DNA of 64,000 bases, taken from the NCBI GenBank assembly GCA_964187785.1, contig OZ076409.1:74898001-74962000 (forward strand). Direction: 5' to 3'. This DNA comes from Amphiscolops sp. MND2022 (Eukaryota). Shown here one piece after another: positions 1 through 13,274 of the stretch (the first letter of the stretch is position 1; every line of letters begins with the position of its first letter). The notes under the pieces are model-generated. The model did no database searches, was not told the DNA's origin, and worked only from the letters and a program-made list of their open reading frames with translations. The translations under genes and the position numbers were made by a program.

Positions 1-852
1 GTCTCCCAAATTAAAGAAACTTCCACACAACTAGGATTGCAAGTGGATGCGTGTGGCAAGCCCTATAATTGAAGCGAAAAATGCCGCTTAGAACGTCTCT
101 TTATCGTAACTTGACGTTAACGTATGGTGCTTTGAATGAGAGCTTGATAAGAGATCGAGAAGTCAAAGTGTGTAAATGGTACGTATGTCTCGTCGAAAAC
201 TCATCGGAAAACATGCAATGAACCCCCAATTGTCCTCAATTGCAGTTGCCTACTGCAACAACGTCTTTCAGGGACATTTTACCCATTTTTATAAGTGTCA
301 AAATTATATTTAAATTCAGTTAGCATGAAACACTTGAGTACATTCTCATCTCTCCCCATCGGGTGAGATGAGAATGTTCTTGCTAAAATCCAGATACTAC
401 GGCCCAATTTTGTTTTATTGCGACGTATTCTGTGCTTTAGCACATAGATACTTTTATGTCGTCTCACTTTTTGTAAACACTCTGAGTTGTTGTTATAAAT
501 TTCTCGTCATTTCTTTACATAAACTTACAACCATGAAACGTTATCATCAACGCCACATACATTTAGACGCCCACCATTCCGTAGGTATGTGGAGGCATAC
601 CTGTCGAGTACGTATGTCAAAACGCAAACGCGATAAAATGTGCTGAAATTCTGAAACAGTGAAACATTTTTGACTATTTGACATATGGTAGGTTTTTAAA
701 TGGAACTTACACATCACTGACATTCCACAACAAACCAGCTGACGCCCACATACCAACATCAACGCCCACCGTCCGTGGGCATGCCGAGGCATGCCCTTCG
801 ACGACGTATGGCAATTCCCTTTATATCTACACCCAATTGCGGTAGCGGCTAG
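1..852 (+). mobile_element. Array unit 0, family E, partial (3' part)
   Basis: Similar to 8590-9444; hairpin-2 at about 338-380, core at 759-809, CTAG end. Confidence 0.75.
759..809 (+). other. Conserved subterminal hairpin core (example of 31 copies), putative Rep recognition or termination signal
   Basis: TCAACGCCCACCGTCCGTGGGCATGCCGAGGCATGCCCTTCGACGACGTAT; 9-bp stem at 777-796, roughly 45-56 nt upstream of the unit end. Confidence 0.85.
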
Positions 853-2123
853 GTGGCCGCGTCTTTTAGATGGACTTTTAGCCCTGAGGCGCGGGTAGGG
901 TCCTGCGCCGAGCTGGTGAAAATATACTACGTCCAAATCGCCCGTTCCGGAAACGATCTCGAAAACTGACCGTTAGAAATTCCTGAAAATTTGCATGTGG
1001 CCCCCAATTGGCGAGCAATGAAAAAGTGTAGGAGGTCATTTTTCCCAAATTCCACTGTGAGACGAGATATATGAAAAAAACGGACCCCAAAATGACGGAA
1101 ATTTCACTTTTTGACCATTAATGGGACATTATCTCCCCAGACAAGGCTCGGAGCAAAATTTGTCAGAACCCAAACCTGCAGCAGACTGTTAGAGCAGTAC
1201 ACACAGTAATTTTGAAAGAAATCCGATAATCACATGTTGAGAAATTGACGTTTTTCCGGCGAAATTTCTAGCAAATGCAGTCTATCTCTGCCGTTTTTTG
1301 CCCAAAATTTTTCCGAGACACTCGCCTAAAGGCCTCCCCTGGCCGGTTTACCTCCCAAAAAAACCATTTGGCCCTAAATACGAGGTTTCAGCGTTCTAGC
1401 TTTTCCCAGTAAAAAGTTATGGGACTTAGAAGTTTTTCAAAACTTTTCAAAATTTTTCTAAAAAAGTTCAGGCCGCCCAAAGTGAAGAAACTTCCACACA
1501 ACTAGTATTGCAAGTGAATGCATGTGGAAAGCCCTGCACTTGACGAGAAAAATGCCGTTTAGAACGTCTTTTTATCTCAACTTGATGTTGACTTATGATC
1601 TTTTGAGTAGCGTATAACACGTGATCACAGTAGTGAAAACCCTAATTTTCAAAAATTTTCGAACAATAACGCATGAAAAGAACCTGGAAAAGGTTCCGAT
1701 GGGTCAGTTGGGATGTCTGAAGCTTGTGTACATTCCCGTAGTGTATAGCGGATGTATTTGGGACTTATTAGAAATTGTGATATGTTTTATACAAGTCTTT
1801 GTTTCTCTTAGAATCTTATGCAGTTGAGTACATTCCATCTCCCTCTCAGGGGAGATGTGAATGTACGTTTGTCAAATGCCTTGTATATTTCACATCTTTG
1901 ATGGATTCAAATAACTAAACAAGTGTGATTTGCGTTTGCCGAACCACTGCGACAAAATACCCTAAATCTATAGCGAGATTGTATGGTTTTTGTCTTTAGT
2001 GTTTCGTCTTGTGTAGCCGACTTCCACATCCAAATATCAACGCCCGCCGTCCGTAGGCATGCCGAGGCATGCCTTTCGACGACGTATGCCAAATACCCAA
2101 TGCCACGCTGTCATTATCGCTAG
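853..2123 (+). mobile_element. Array unit 1, family A (1271 bp)
   Basis: Starts GTGGCCGCGTCTTTTAGATGG; near-identical to 35675-36945. Confidence 0.8.
1828..1866. other. Hairpin-2 (example): GTACATTCCATCTCCC-loop-GGGAGATGWGAATGTAC
   Basis: ~16-bp imperfect inverted repeat, usually preceded by CAGTTGA, about 250-277 bp upstream of the unit end in families A, B, C, D, F, G, J, K, N, O. Confidence 0.85.
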
Positions 2124-3391
2124 GTGGCCGTGTCTTTTCGACGTGCTTTTGCATTGAGGAGTGGGTAGGGCCCCGCGACGACCTAGAAGAATTGGATGCT
2201 CACCGAAACGTGCAGAATTCTACGAGATCTCATAGTTTGAGCCATACGATTTTTCTGAAATTTGGCATGTGGCCTGGAATTGGTGAGTAGGTAAAACGTG
2301 CAGGAGGTGATTTTTCCCAAATTCCACTGTGAGACGAGATATGGGCAAATAACGGTCCCAAAAATGGCAAAAATGCACTTTTTTCAACTTTGTCAGCCCA
2401 TATCTCGTTCCCAGGTGCCCGGAGCGGGACGCGTTAAGCTGATAATAAACTCTAGGGTGTTGAGGCTGTACGGGGAAGTCAGGCCCGTTCCGATCGGACT
2501 TGTAGTCTTGGAGAAATAACGGTATTTTTGGGGAACCTTTTCTAACGGTCCAGCTTATCTTTGCCATTTTTTCGAAAATGTACTCGCCTAAAGGCCTCCC
2601 CCTGGCCGAATTTACTCCCAGCAAAACCATTTGGCCCTAAATACGGAGTTTCAGCGTTCCAGCATTCCCGGGCGAAAAGTTGTGGGACTTGGAAAATTTT
2701 CAAAAATTTTCAAAAATTTTTTTTTTCGTTTTCCGGGCCCCCAATGAAGGGGAAACGACCCCCAACCAGTATTTTGAGTGAATTCATGTGGAAAGCCCTT
2801 GTTTTGACGAGAAATGTACCGTTTAGAACATCTTTTTATCTTGACTCAACGTTGACTTATGACGTTTTGAATGTGATGTAAGGATGTAGGAGGCATGTGA
2901 TAAGTTGATGTTTTGAGTCTTTATCTCATATGAAAGCGGTTTAGATGCAAGCTGTCCTGCTCAAAACGTCTTTCGTTGTAATTTTCCAGTGCACCAATAC
3001 CCTTTGGTGTCATATAAACATACTTTTCGTCGATATATTAACAATTTTAATGTATTTATTCCAATTTTTATTATCTTTTAACTCAAAACAGTTGAGTACA
3101 TTTCATCTCCCTTTCGGGGGAGATGAGAATGTACTCGCTAAAGACCTAGCGCCATGACCAAAAGTTTGAAACCCACGTTTTTTATCTTCTTACAGACTTG
3201 TTTTTGTATTTTTTCGGAATTTTTTAAAAATTAATATACTTGAAATACATTACTTGACTTTACTACTACAACCAACCTCCAACGACAACGCTCCCCTGCT
3301 TGCATCAACGCCCACCGTCCGTGGGCATGCCGAGGCATGCCCTTCGACGACGTATGCCAAATGCCCAGTGCCACGCAGTCATTATCGCTAG
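2124..3391 (+). mobile_element. Array unit 2, family B (1268 bp)
   Basis: Starts GTGGCCGTGTCTTTTCG; hairpin-2, core, CTAG. Confidence 0.8.
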
Positions 3392-4676
3392 GTGGCCGTG
3401 TCTTTTCGACGTGCTTTTGCATTGAGGAGTGGGTAGGGCCCCGCGACGACCTAGAAGAATTGGATGCTCACCGAAACGTGCAGAATTCTACGAGATCTCA
3501 TAGTTTGAGCCATACTATTTTTCTGAAATTTGGCATGTGGCCTGGAATTGGTGAGTAGGTAAAACGTGTAGAAGGTAATTTTTCCCAAATTCCACTGTGA
3601 GAGGAGATATGGGCAAATAACGGACCCAAAAATGGGGAAAATGCACATTTTTCAACTTTGTCAGCCAATATCTCTTTTCCAGGTGCCCGTAGCGTTCCGC
3701 ACGTGGACATCAATATTGCTCAGCGCTGTCGGAAGAGTGCGTGGACAAATTTTGGTTTAAATCGGACTTAAACTTGACGAGAAATTAACGGTTTTTTGGG
3801 CGTTTCCGGGGTAAATTTTTTAACGGTCCAGCTTATCTTTGCCATTTTTTCGAAAATGTACATGCCTAAAGGCCTCCCCCTGGCCGAATTTACTCCCAGC
3901 AAACCCATTTGGCCCTAAATACGGAGTTTCAGCGTTCCAGCATTCCGGGGCGGAAAGTTGTGGGACTTGGAAAAATTTCAAAATTTTTTCAAAAAATTTT
4001 TTTCCCGTTTTCCGGGCCCCCAATGAAGGGGAACGACCCCCCAACCAGTATTTTGAGTGAATTCATGTGGAACGCCCATGTTTGGAGGAGAAAAATGCCG
4101 TTTAGCACATCTTTTTATCTTAACTTGACATTGACTTATGACGTTTTGAATGTGATGTTAGGATATATGAAGCATGTTAAAAGTTGAAGTTTTGAGTCTT
4201 TATCTCATCGGAAAACCATTGAGATACAAGCAGTTTTGCTAAAAACGATTTTCATTGTAGGTTAGCAGAGTATTAGTACACTTTGATGTCATTTGAGTAT
4301 TTTTTTCTTCTATATAATAACTGTTTTTATGTATTTATTCCAATTTATCTCATCTTTTAACATCAAGCAGTTGAGTACATTTCATCTCCCTTTCGGGGGA
4401 GATGAGAATGTACTCGCTAAAAACCTAATGCTATGGCGCCAATGTTTGGATGGGAAGTTTTCTATGCTTTGAAAAAAGTTATTTTTAATTACTTGATTTT
4501 TTATAACAATAATTAACATGAAGTACATTACTTGCTCCTACTACTACTACCACCATACATCTCTAACGTCAACGCCCCCTGCTTGCATCAACGCCCCATC
4601 GTCCGTGGGCATGCCGAGGCATGCCCTTCGACGACGTATGCCAAATGCCCAGTGCCACGCAGTCTTTCCCCGCTAG
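3392..4676 (+). mobile_element. Array unit 3, family B variant (1285 bp)
   Basis: First ~290 bp near-identical to unit 2, then diverges. Confidence 0.8.
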
Positions 4677-5979
4677 GTGGCCACGACCATGGTTTCTTGC
4701 GTATCTTGTCGAATCCTTTGTCGTTGCCGGCCGGGGAGGGACCCGTTTGCCGGCGTGTGTAGTGTGGGGCCCCCATACCCAAAAAGTGGTATTTTTTTCA
4801 GAGATCTCAAAATCGGCCCGTCAGAATTGCCTGAAATTTGGCATGAGGCTCCCAATTGGGGAAAAAATAAGAAGTGTAGAAGGCGACTTGTTCGGGTAAA
4901 TATTGTATGTTGACTTTTGGCCAAAATAGTGTTCCCCCCCAACATGGGCAAAATCACATGAGGTGTAAAAATATGATCACAACTTTTGAACCTTTGGATT
5001 TAGGGGTACGGTCGTGGACTACATTAAGCAAGAGCTTTGGTGCGCGGGTAGGATAGATGGGTTTTGATCCCAGTACCTTCAACCACTTTTGAGAAATTAA
5101 CGTTTCAAACAAACATCCGGGAGGTATATGTAGCCCCTGAAGGCAGGTTTTTCGCCATTTTCAATGTGAAGGAGTGGGTTTAGCGCAACGTGAGTGGGGT
5201 GCTTTTTTGTTGCCCGTGTGCGGAGCGTTGTATAGAGGTGCTGGTTGTTGAAATTGGAAAAGTTGGTAAAAAGTTATACCTTTACCCCCCCTACTGTCTC
5301 TGCCATTCAATTTTTTTTTCAACTTCAGGCCTCCCAAAGGTGAGAAACTTCCACACAACTAGTATTGCAAGTGAATGCATGTGGAAAGTACTCGGATAGA
5401 CGAGAAAAATGAGCTATAGAACGACTCTGTAGCTCAACTTGACGTTGACTTATGACATTTTGAGTGTGAGCTTGCTATGTGAGAAAAAAATTCAAAATTG
5501 AAAATCGAAGTAAGTCTCATCCAAAACTCATCGAAATACGTTCAATCCATCCCAAAGCGGATTAATTCCAGATATATAGTGCAGCAACACTATTCAAGAC
5601 CATTTGACACAATTTTACTAGTTTTGACATTGTATTATTCATCCGAGAGCACAAAACAGTTGGGTACATTCCATCTCCCTTTCGGGGGAGATGAGAATGT
5701 ACCCGCTAAATGACACGCACCATGGTCTAAATTTTACCGTTATGCGACGCTTTCTAGGCTTTCGCGCAAGCCCACTAATATTTAGACTGGTTTCGTTCTC
5801 TTTCACTCCAAACATTCCGTCCGTACTAACCACCTTACACACCACCAGCAGCTCAACGACACATCTGTAACGTCAACGCCACATACTCGCATCAACGCCC
5901 ACCGTCCGTGGGCATGCCGAGGCATGCCCTTCGACGACGTATGCCCGTTGTCACAACAGGGCGCCCCTACATTCTCTAG
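4677..5979 (+). mobile_element. Array unit 4, family C (1303 bp)
   Basis: Unique 5' half; segment after hairpin-2 resembles family F. Confidence 0.75.
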
Positions 5980-7250
5980 GTGGCCGGGAATGTTTTTTTC
6001 CAACCAATTCGATGCCAACTGGGGGAGGGGCCCCTGGTGGCTGTTACCCGAAATACATACCTACTAAATTCCGGTCGTCTGAGTACGATCTCGAAAACCA
6101 CCCAGTAACTTTTTCTGAAACTTTGCATACAGGCTTAGAATCAAATCCTAAGAACTATTTCCTACTGGCGTTTTTCCGAATTTTTTCAAAAAGTTGGTCA
6201 AAAATGCAACAAAAGTTGCCATTGGACATAAAAAACGCAACTTTTGGACTTTGAGGGCTAATAACTTTTTCCAGAGTGCCCGGAGCGGTTCGCACGTGGA
6301 CCACAATATTGTTCAGCATTGTCGGGGGAGTGCGTGGACAAATTTTGGTTTGAATCGGATGAAAATTGACTGAGAAATAAACGCAAATTTTCGTGCATTT
6401 GTTGCAAATACCAGTCTATCTCTGCCATTTTCGCCCATAATTTTTCCCAGAGCCTTTACAGGAGGCAACCCCTGCCCAAATTTTTGCCGAACAAACCCAT
6501 TTGGCCCTAAATACGGGGTTTCAGCGTTCCAGCATTCCCGGGCGAAAAGTTGTGGGACTTAGAAAATTTTCAAAAAAACGCAAAAATTGTAAAAAGTAAC
6601 TTCAGGCGCCCCAAAGTCACAAAACTTCCACACAACTAGTATTGCAAGTGAATGCATGTGGAAAGTACTTGGATAGACGAGAAAAATGAGCTATAGAACA
6701 ACTCTGTAGCTTAATTTTACGTTGACTTATGACATTTTGAGTGTGAGCATCCTATAGGATTTTAATTTCAAAAATGAGATTTTGTAAGTCATGTCTCATC
6801 AAAAACTCATCGGAATACGTTCAATCATCCCCATAGCTGTTCAATTACCGTGGCTTAGTAGAGCAACACCATTTAATGTCTTTGCACCCATTTTTAAAAT
6901 TTTCGAAATCGTCGTATTCGTCCGATATCACGAAACAGTTGAGTACATTCCATCTCCCCCTTGGGGGGAGATGAGAATGTACTTGCCAAAGACCTAATAT
7001 AATGGCTCATATTGTTTTTTATTTAACCTTTCTCACAATATTGCACACGGATAGCTGTGTTTGGTAAACGTTTTCCTTTGCACCATACCTCCAAAAGCTA
7101 AACCACTTCTTTAGCTTATTACTTCTACTCAAACATCACTAACGTCAACGCAACATACTTCAATCAACGCCCACCGTCTGTGGGCATGCCGAGGCATGCC
7201 CTTCGACGACGTATGCCAAATAGCGCCACCTGGCGCCAAATTTTAACTAG
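5980..7250 (+). mobile_element. Array unit 5, family D (1271 bp)
   Basis: 5980-6941 homologous to 38334-39293. Confidence 0.8.
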
Positions 7251-9444
7251 GTGGAGGTTATTTTATAATAATTAATGTGTTTTTTTCCGGAGTTTGTGGC
7301 TTTGGAAAAAACAAAAGGCGAGAAATCGGGCACTCCGGGCTGAACCGTATACACTCAAATTTCGCCCATTTTTTATACGATCTCGAAACTCAGCCGTACG
7401 ATTTGGCTGAAAATTTGCATGCGGCTACAAATTGAGATTCTAAGAACTATTTCCTGGTGACATTTTTTTGAAATTTTTGTGTACGTTTCCCCCCCGCCCC
7501 CTAAAGGGGCCAATTTTCCCCACTTTTGCACTTATGAGTCAAATTCTCAAAACTGGTGGATCTGAGCGTATTCCCGCCGGGGACAACTTTTAACAAGCGC
7601 TCCTCAGTAGACCTTCATGACTTTTTACTTTGGTGGTACGTTCACCCCCCGAGGAGGAAATTGCGTTTTTGTGACTTCCGGTCGAGGCTTTTTTCACCCA
7701 AAAATTAGATTTAAGCCAGTTTTGAGCAGGAAGGAGTGGATTTAAAGTGCCTGTACCCTGCTAAAAATTTGTTGGGCTTGTAGCGATATATCTCATACCA
7801 AGTCTGGTTTTCACCCCCAAACCCCCCTTGAGACCAAAATTCACCCAAAGTTTTTTACCTCTGTTTGTAGTTTTTTTTACCGAATATCGTCATTTCCATG
7901 GGTAAGGAGTTGAATTAGGGGCTCCTAATAGGGTACCAATGTTCAAGTACACTTGCAGTGCAACTGATTGACCCTTTTTGGGCCTCTCCTGTGTTCGGCA
8001 AGGACCGGAAGCGGTGTAACCCCCCCTTTTTTGACGTTTGTTGACCTTGAGACTCGCGCTTAGATGACGTTTATGTCGCGCGAATCCTACAAACAAGTAT
8101 TAGGATGACATGCTAGCCAACTAGAGAGCAGTAAGGGAAACAATATTATACCGGAAGTAACCCCCCGTGACCGGAAGTTGTCATTTTTGACCGCAAATGG
8201 TCCAAAACCTAGCGTAAAAGCAGTTTTTCATTGCTTTTAAAGTCAACTTCTTACATTTTTCAATCTGCGCGAGCTTTTCTTCAGGTTCGTTTTTGTTGCC
8301 AGTGCACAGCAACGAATATACAACTGTAAAATTTTCGCTATAAAATTGTCGGAGAGAGAAATAACGGATTATTTGGACTTTTTTTCAAAAATATTAGTCT
8401 ACATCTGTCATTTTTACCCAATGTTACTCAACAGTAGAACCACAGGTTTTATTCTCTGCCCAAAAATATGCCTAACAAATTCACCTGTCCCTTTGGTTGC
8501 AGTTTGAGCATTCTAGCTTTACCTGGTCACAAGTTAGGGGACTTGAAAAAGTTTCAAAAATTTTTCCGAAAAATTTTTCTAAACGTCATGTCTCCCAAAG
8601 TTAAGAAACTTCCGCACAACTAGGATTACAAGTGAATGCACGTGGTAAGACCTATAATTGGAGAGAAAAATTCAGTTTGGAACGTCTCTTTATCGTAACG
8701 TGACGTTAAGAGAAGTTGCTTTGAATGCGAGCTTGATGAGACGTCGAGAAGTAACAGTGTGTAAATGGAACCTATGTCTCGACAAATACTCATCGGAATA
8801 CATGAGATGAACCCCAATTACCCTCAATTTCAGTTGCCTAGTACAACAACGTCTTCCAAGGACCCTTTAATCTTTTTGATAAGCGTTGAAGTCATCATTA
8901 GCTTGAGTTCGCAAGAAACAATTGAGTACATTCTCATCTCTCCCCATCGGGTGAGATGAGAATGTTTTTGCTAAAAGCCAGGTACTACGGCCCAATTTTG
9001 TTTTATTGCGACGCATTCTGTGCTTTAGCACATAGATACTTTTATTCCGTCTCACTTTTTGTATACACTCTGATTTGTTGTTATAAATTTCTCGTCATTA
9101 CTTTACATAAACTAATTACCATAAAACTTTAACGTCAAAGCCACATTCATTTAGACGCCCACCATTCCGTAGGTATGCCGAGGTATGCCATTCAAAGATG
9201 TATGTCAAACGCAAATGCGATAAAATTAGTGCTGAAAATCGGAAACAGTGACAAACAGTTTTGACTTTTTGATATTTGTTAGGTTTTCATATGGAACTTA
9301 CACATCACTGACAATTCAAAACATTCCAGCTGACGCTCACATACAAACATCAACGCCCACCGTCTGTGGGCATGCCGAGGCATGCCCTTCGACGACGTAT
9401 AGCAAATTCCTTTAATATCTACACCCAATTGCGGTAGCAGCTAG
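7251..9444 (+). mobile_element. Array unit 6, family E (2194 bp), chimeric
   Basis: ACCGGAAG-rich 5' half related to family L (8150-8230 vs 25992-26072); hairpin-2-type 3' half; extra degenerate core at 9154-9208. Confidence 0.75.
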
Positions 9445-10715
9445 GTGGCCGCGTCTTTTAGATGGACTTTTAGCCCTGAGGCGCGGGTAGGGTCCTGCGC
9501 CGACCTGGTGAAAATATACTCCTGGCAAATGGCCCGAATCGGAGACGATCTCAAAACTGGCCCGTACGATTTTCCTGAAAATTTGCATGTGGCCCCCAAT
9601 TGGCGAGCAATGAAAAAGTGTAGGGGGTCATTTTCTCCTGGTTTCATTGTGAGACGAGATATATGAAAAAAACGGACCCCAAAATGACGAAATTTTCACT
9701 TTTTGACCAAAAATGTGACATTATCTCCTCAGACAGGGCTCGGAGCACAATTTTTCAGGACCCAAACCTGCAGCAGACTGTTAGAGCAGTGCACACAGTA
9801 AGTTTGAAGGAAATCGGATAATCACATGTTGAGAAATTGACGATTTTCCGACAAATTTTTTTGCATTTGCAGTCTATCTCTGCCGTTTTTTGCCCAAAAT
9901 TTTTTCGAGACCCTCTCCTAAAGACCTCCCCTGGCCGGTTTACCTCCCAAAAAAACCATTTGGCCCTAAATACGAAGTTTCAGCGTTCTAGCATTCCCCA
10001 GTGAAAAGTTATGGGACTTAGAACTTTTTCAAAAATTTTCAAAATTTTTCTAAAAAAGTTCAGGCCGCCCAAAGTGAAGAAACTTCCACACAACTAGTAT
10101 TGCAAGTGAATGCATGTGGAAAGCCCTGCACTTGACGAGAAAAATGCCGTTTAGAACGTCTTTTTATCTTAACTTGATGTTGACTTATGATCTTTTGAGT
10201 AGCGTATAACACGTGATCACAGTAGTGAAAATCCTAATTTTCAATAATTTTCAAACAATAACGCATGAAAAGAACCTGGAAAAGGTTCCGATGGGTCAGT
10301 TGGGATGTCGGAAGCATGTGTACATTCCCGTAGTGTATAGCGGATGTATTTGGGACTTATTAGAAATTGTGATATATTTTATACAAGTCTTTGTTTCTCT
10401 TAGAATCTTATACAGTTGAGTACATTCCATCTCCCTCTCAGGGGAGATGTGAATGTACGTTTGCCAAATGCCTTGTAAAGCTCACAATTTTGATGGATTC
10501 AAATAACTAAACAAGTGTGATTTGCGTTTGCCGAACCACTGCGACAAAATATCCTAAATCTATAGCGAGATTGAATGGTTTTTGTCTTTAGTGTTTCTTC
10601 TTGTATAGCCGACTTCCACAACCAAATATCAACGCCCACCGTCCGTGGGCATGCCGAGGCATGCCCTTCGACGACGTATGCCAAATACCATATGCCACGC
10701 TGTCATTATCGCTAG
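9445..10715 (+). mobile_element. Array unit 7, family A (1271 bp)
   Basis: Homologous to unit 1. Confidence 0.8.
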
Positions 10716-11986
10716 GTGGCCGCGTCTTTTAGATGGACTTTTAGCCCTGAGGCGCGGGTAGGGTCCTGCGCCGACCTGGTGAAAATATACTCCTGGCAAA
10801 TGGCCCGAATCGGAGACGATCTCAAAACTGGCCCGTACGATTTTCCTGAAAATTTGCATGTGGCCCCCAATTGGCGAGCAATGAAAAAGTGTAGGAGGTC
10901 ATTTTCTCCTGGTTTCATTGTGAGACGAGATATATGAAAAAAACAGACCCCAAAATGACGAAATTTTCACTTTTTGACCAAAAATGTGACATTATCTCCT
11001 CAGACAAGGCTCGGAGCAAAATTTTTCAGGACCCAAACCTGCAGCAGACTGTTAGAGCAGTGCACACAGTAAGTTTGAAGGAAATCGGATAATCACATGT
11101 GGAGAAATTGACGTTTTTCCGGCGAAATTTTTCGCAAATGCAGTCTATTTCTACCGTTTTTTGCCCAAATTTTTTTCGAGACCCTCTCCTAAAGGCCTCC
11201 CCTGGCCCAATTTCCTTCCAACAAAACCATTTGGTCCTAAATACGAGGTTTCAGCGTTCCAGCATTCCCCAGTGAAAAGTTATGGGACTTAGAAATTTTT
11301 CAAAAATTTTCAAATTTTTTCTAAAAAAGTTCAGGCCGCCCAAAGTGAAGAAACTTCCACACAACTAGTATTGCAAGTGAATGCATGTGGAAAGCCCTGC
11401 ACTTGACGAGAAAAATGCCGTTTAGAACGTCTTTTTATCTTTACTTGATGTTGACTTATGATCTTTTGAGTAACGTATAACACGTGATCACAGTAGTGAA
11501 AATCCTAATTTTCAATAATTTTCAAACAATAACGCATGAAAAGAATCTGGAAAAGGTTCCGATGGGTCAGTCGGGATGTCTGAAGCATGTGTACATTCCC
11601 GTAGTGTATAGCGGATGTATTTGGGACTTATTAGAAACTGTGATATATTTCATACAAGTCTTTGTTTCTCTTAGAATCTTATGCAGTTGAGTACATTCCA
11701 TCTCCCTCTCAGGGGAGATGTGAATGTACGTTGCCAAATGCCTTGTAAAGTTCACATGTTTGATGGACTTAACTAAGTAAACAAGTGTGAGTTGCGTTTG
11801 CCGAATCGCTACAGCAAAAAATACTAAAACTTTAGTCAGATTGAATGGTTTTTGTCTTTAGTGTTTCTTCTTGTTTAGCCGACTTCCACATCCAAACATC
11901 AACGCCCACCGTCCGTAGGCATGCCGAGGCATGCCTTTCGACGACGTATGCCAAATACCCAATGCCACACAGTCTTTCCCCGCTAG
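10716..11986 (+). mobile_element. Array unit 8, family A (1271 bp)
   Basis: Homologous to units 1, 7, 17. Confidence 0.8.
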
Positions 11987-13274
11987 GTGGCCGGAAATTT
12001 TTTTTTTCATCAAAATCTTTGCCATTGGGGGAGGGGCCCCGGATGGCCAGTAGTACGGGATAGCTCCCTACGGAATCCAGGCGGAAAAAACGTGATTTTG
12101 GAAACTAGCCGTCAGAATTTGCTCAAATTTTGCATACGGCTTCCTATGACAATCCTAAGAACTAATCCCTACTGGCATTTTGCCCAAAAAACGCAAAAAG
12201 TTGGTCAAAATCTTAGTTTTTTGGTCAAAAAAAGGCAATTTTTCGAAAAAATTTTTTTTCAGAGACAATTACTCGTAACTGGTTCACCCAGCGCAAAAAC
12301 GCCTAGCTGATTTATTGTTGGGCACTTCATGAGGAGTGCGTATACAAATTTTCGTCCAGATCAGAAAAAAAATGACTAAGTATTAGCCGGAATTCGGACG
12401 CATTTTTTCGCAAATTTTTGAAAACCTAGTCTATCTCTGCCGTTTTTTGCCCAGATTTTTTTCCAGGTCCTCTCCTAAAGGCCTCCCCTGGCCGGTTTAC
12501 TTCCCAGAAAAACCATTTGGCCCTAAATACGGAGTTTCAGCGTTCTAGCATTCCCGGGCGAAAAGATGTGGGACTTAGAAAAAATTCAAAATTTTTCAAA
12601 AAATTTTTTTTTCGTTTTCCGGCCCCCCAATGAAGGGGAACGACCCCCCAACGAGGATTTTTGGTGAATTCACGTGGAAAGGCCTTGTTTTGTGGAGAAA
12701 ATTGCCGTTTAGAGCGACTTTTTATCTTAAATTGACGTTGACCTCTGTCGTTTTGAATTTGATATTAGTATGTGTTGAGCATGTGAAAAGTTGATGATTT
12801 CAGTTGTTCTCTCGTGTTCAAGCCATTGAGAAACAAGCGGTAGTGATCAAAATGTGATTTATCGCAATTTGGTGGTGCTTTTGGTGTATTTTGATTCTTT
12901 TAAATAAAAAGTTGTTCTTTATATATTTGGTGTATTGATTCAAATGAACAAGAAACAGTTGAGTACATTTCATCTCCCCCCTTGTGGGGGAGATGAGGAT
13001 GTACCCGCTAAATGACACGCACAATGGCCCAATTTTATTTTTATGCGACGTTCTTTAGGCTTTTGCGCAAGCCCACTAAAATTTAGACTGGTTTCCTTTT
13101 CTTTTACTCCAAAATTTTCCGTACTAACCACCTTACGCACCACCAGCTCAACGTAACATCTGTAACGTCAACGCCACACACTCTCACTAACGCCCACCGT
13201 CCGTGGGCATGCCGAGGCATGCCCTTCGACGACGTATGCCAAATAGCGCCACAGGGCGCAAACTTGTCCGCTAG
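11987..13274 (+). mobile_element. Array unit 9, family F (1288 bp)
   Basis: Near-identical to 18735-20022. Confidence 0.8.

Noticed and set aside
759..809. Core as a tRNA, snRNA or self-cleaving ribozyme
   Set aside because: I see no cloverleaf, Sm site, hammerhead (CUGAUGA/GAAA) or HDV pattern on either strand. An Rfam scan would be needed to exclude this fully.
759..860. True bacterial integron attC/VCR sites (YAAC...GCTAGGT resembles RYYYAAC...GTTRRRY)
   Set aside because: The two ends are not complementary, the invariant GTT is GCT/CT here, units carry no ORFs and no tyrosine recombinase is seen. The likeness is architectural only.
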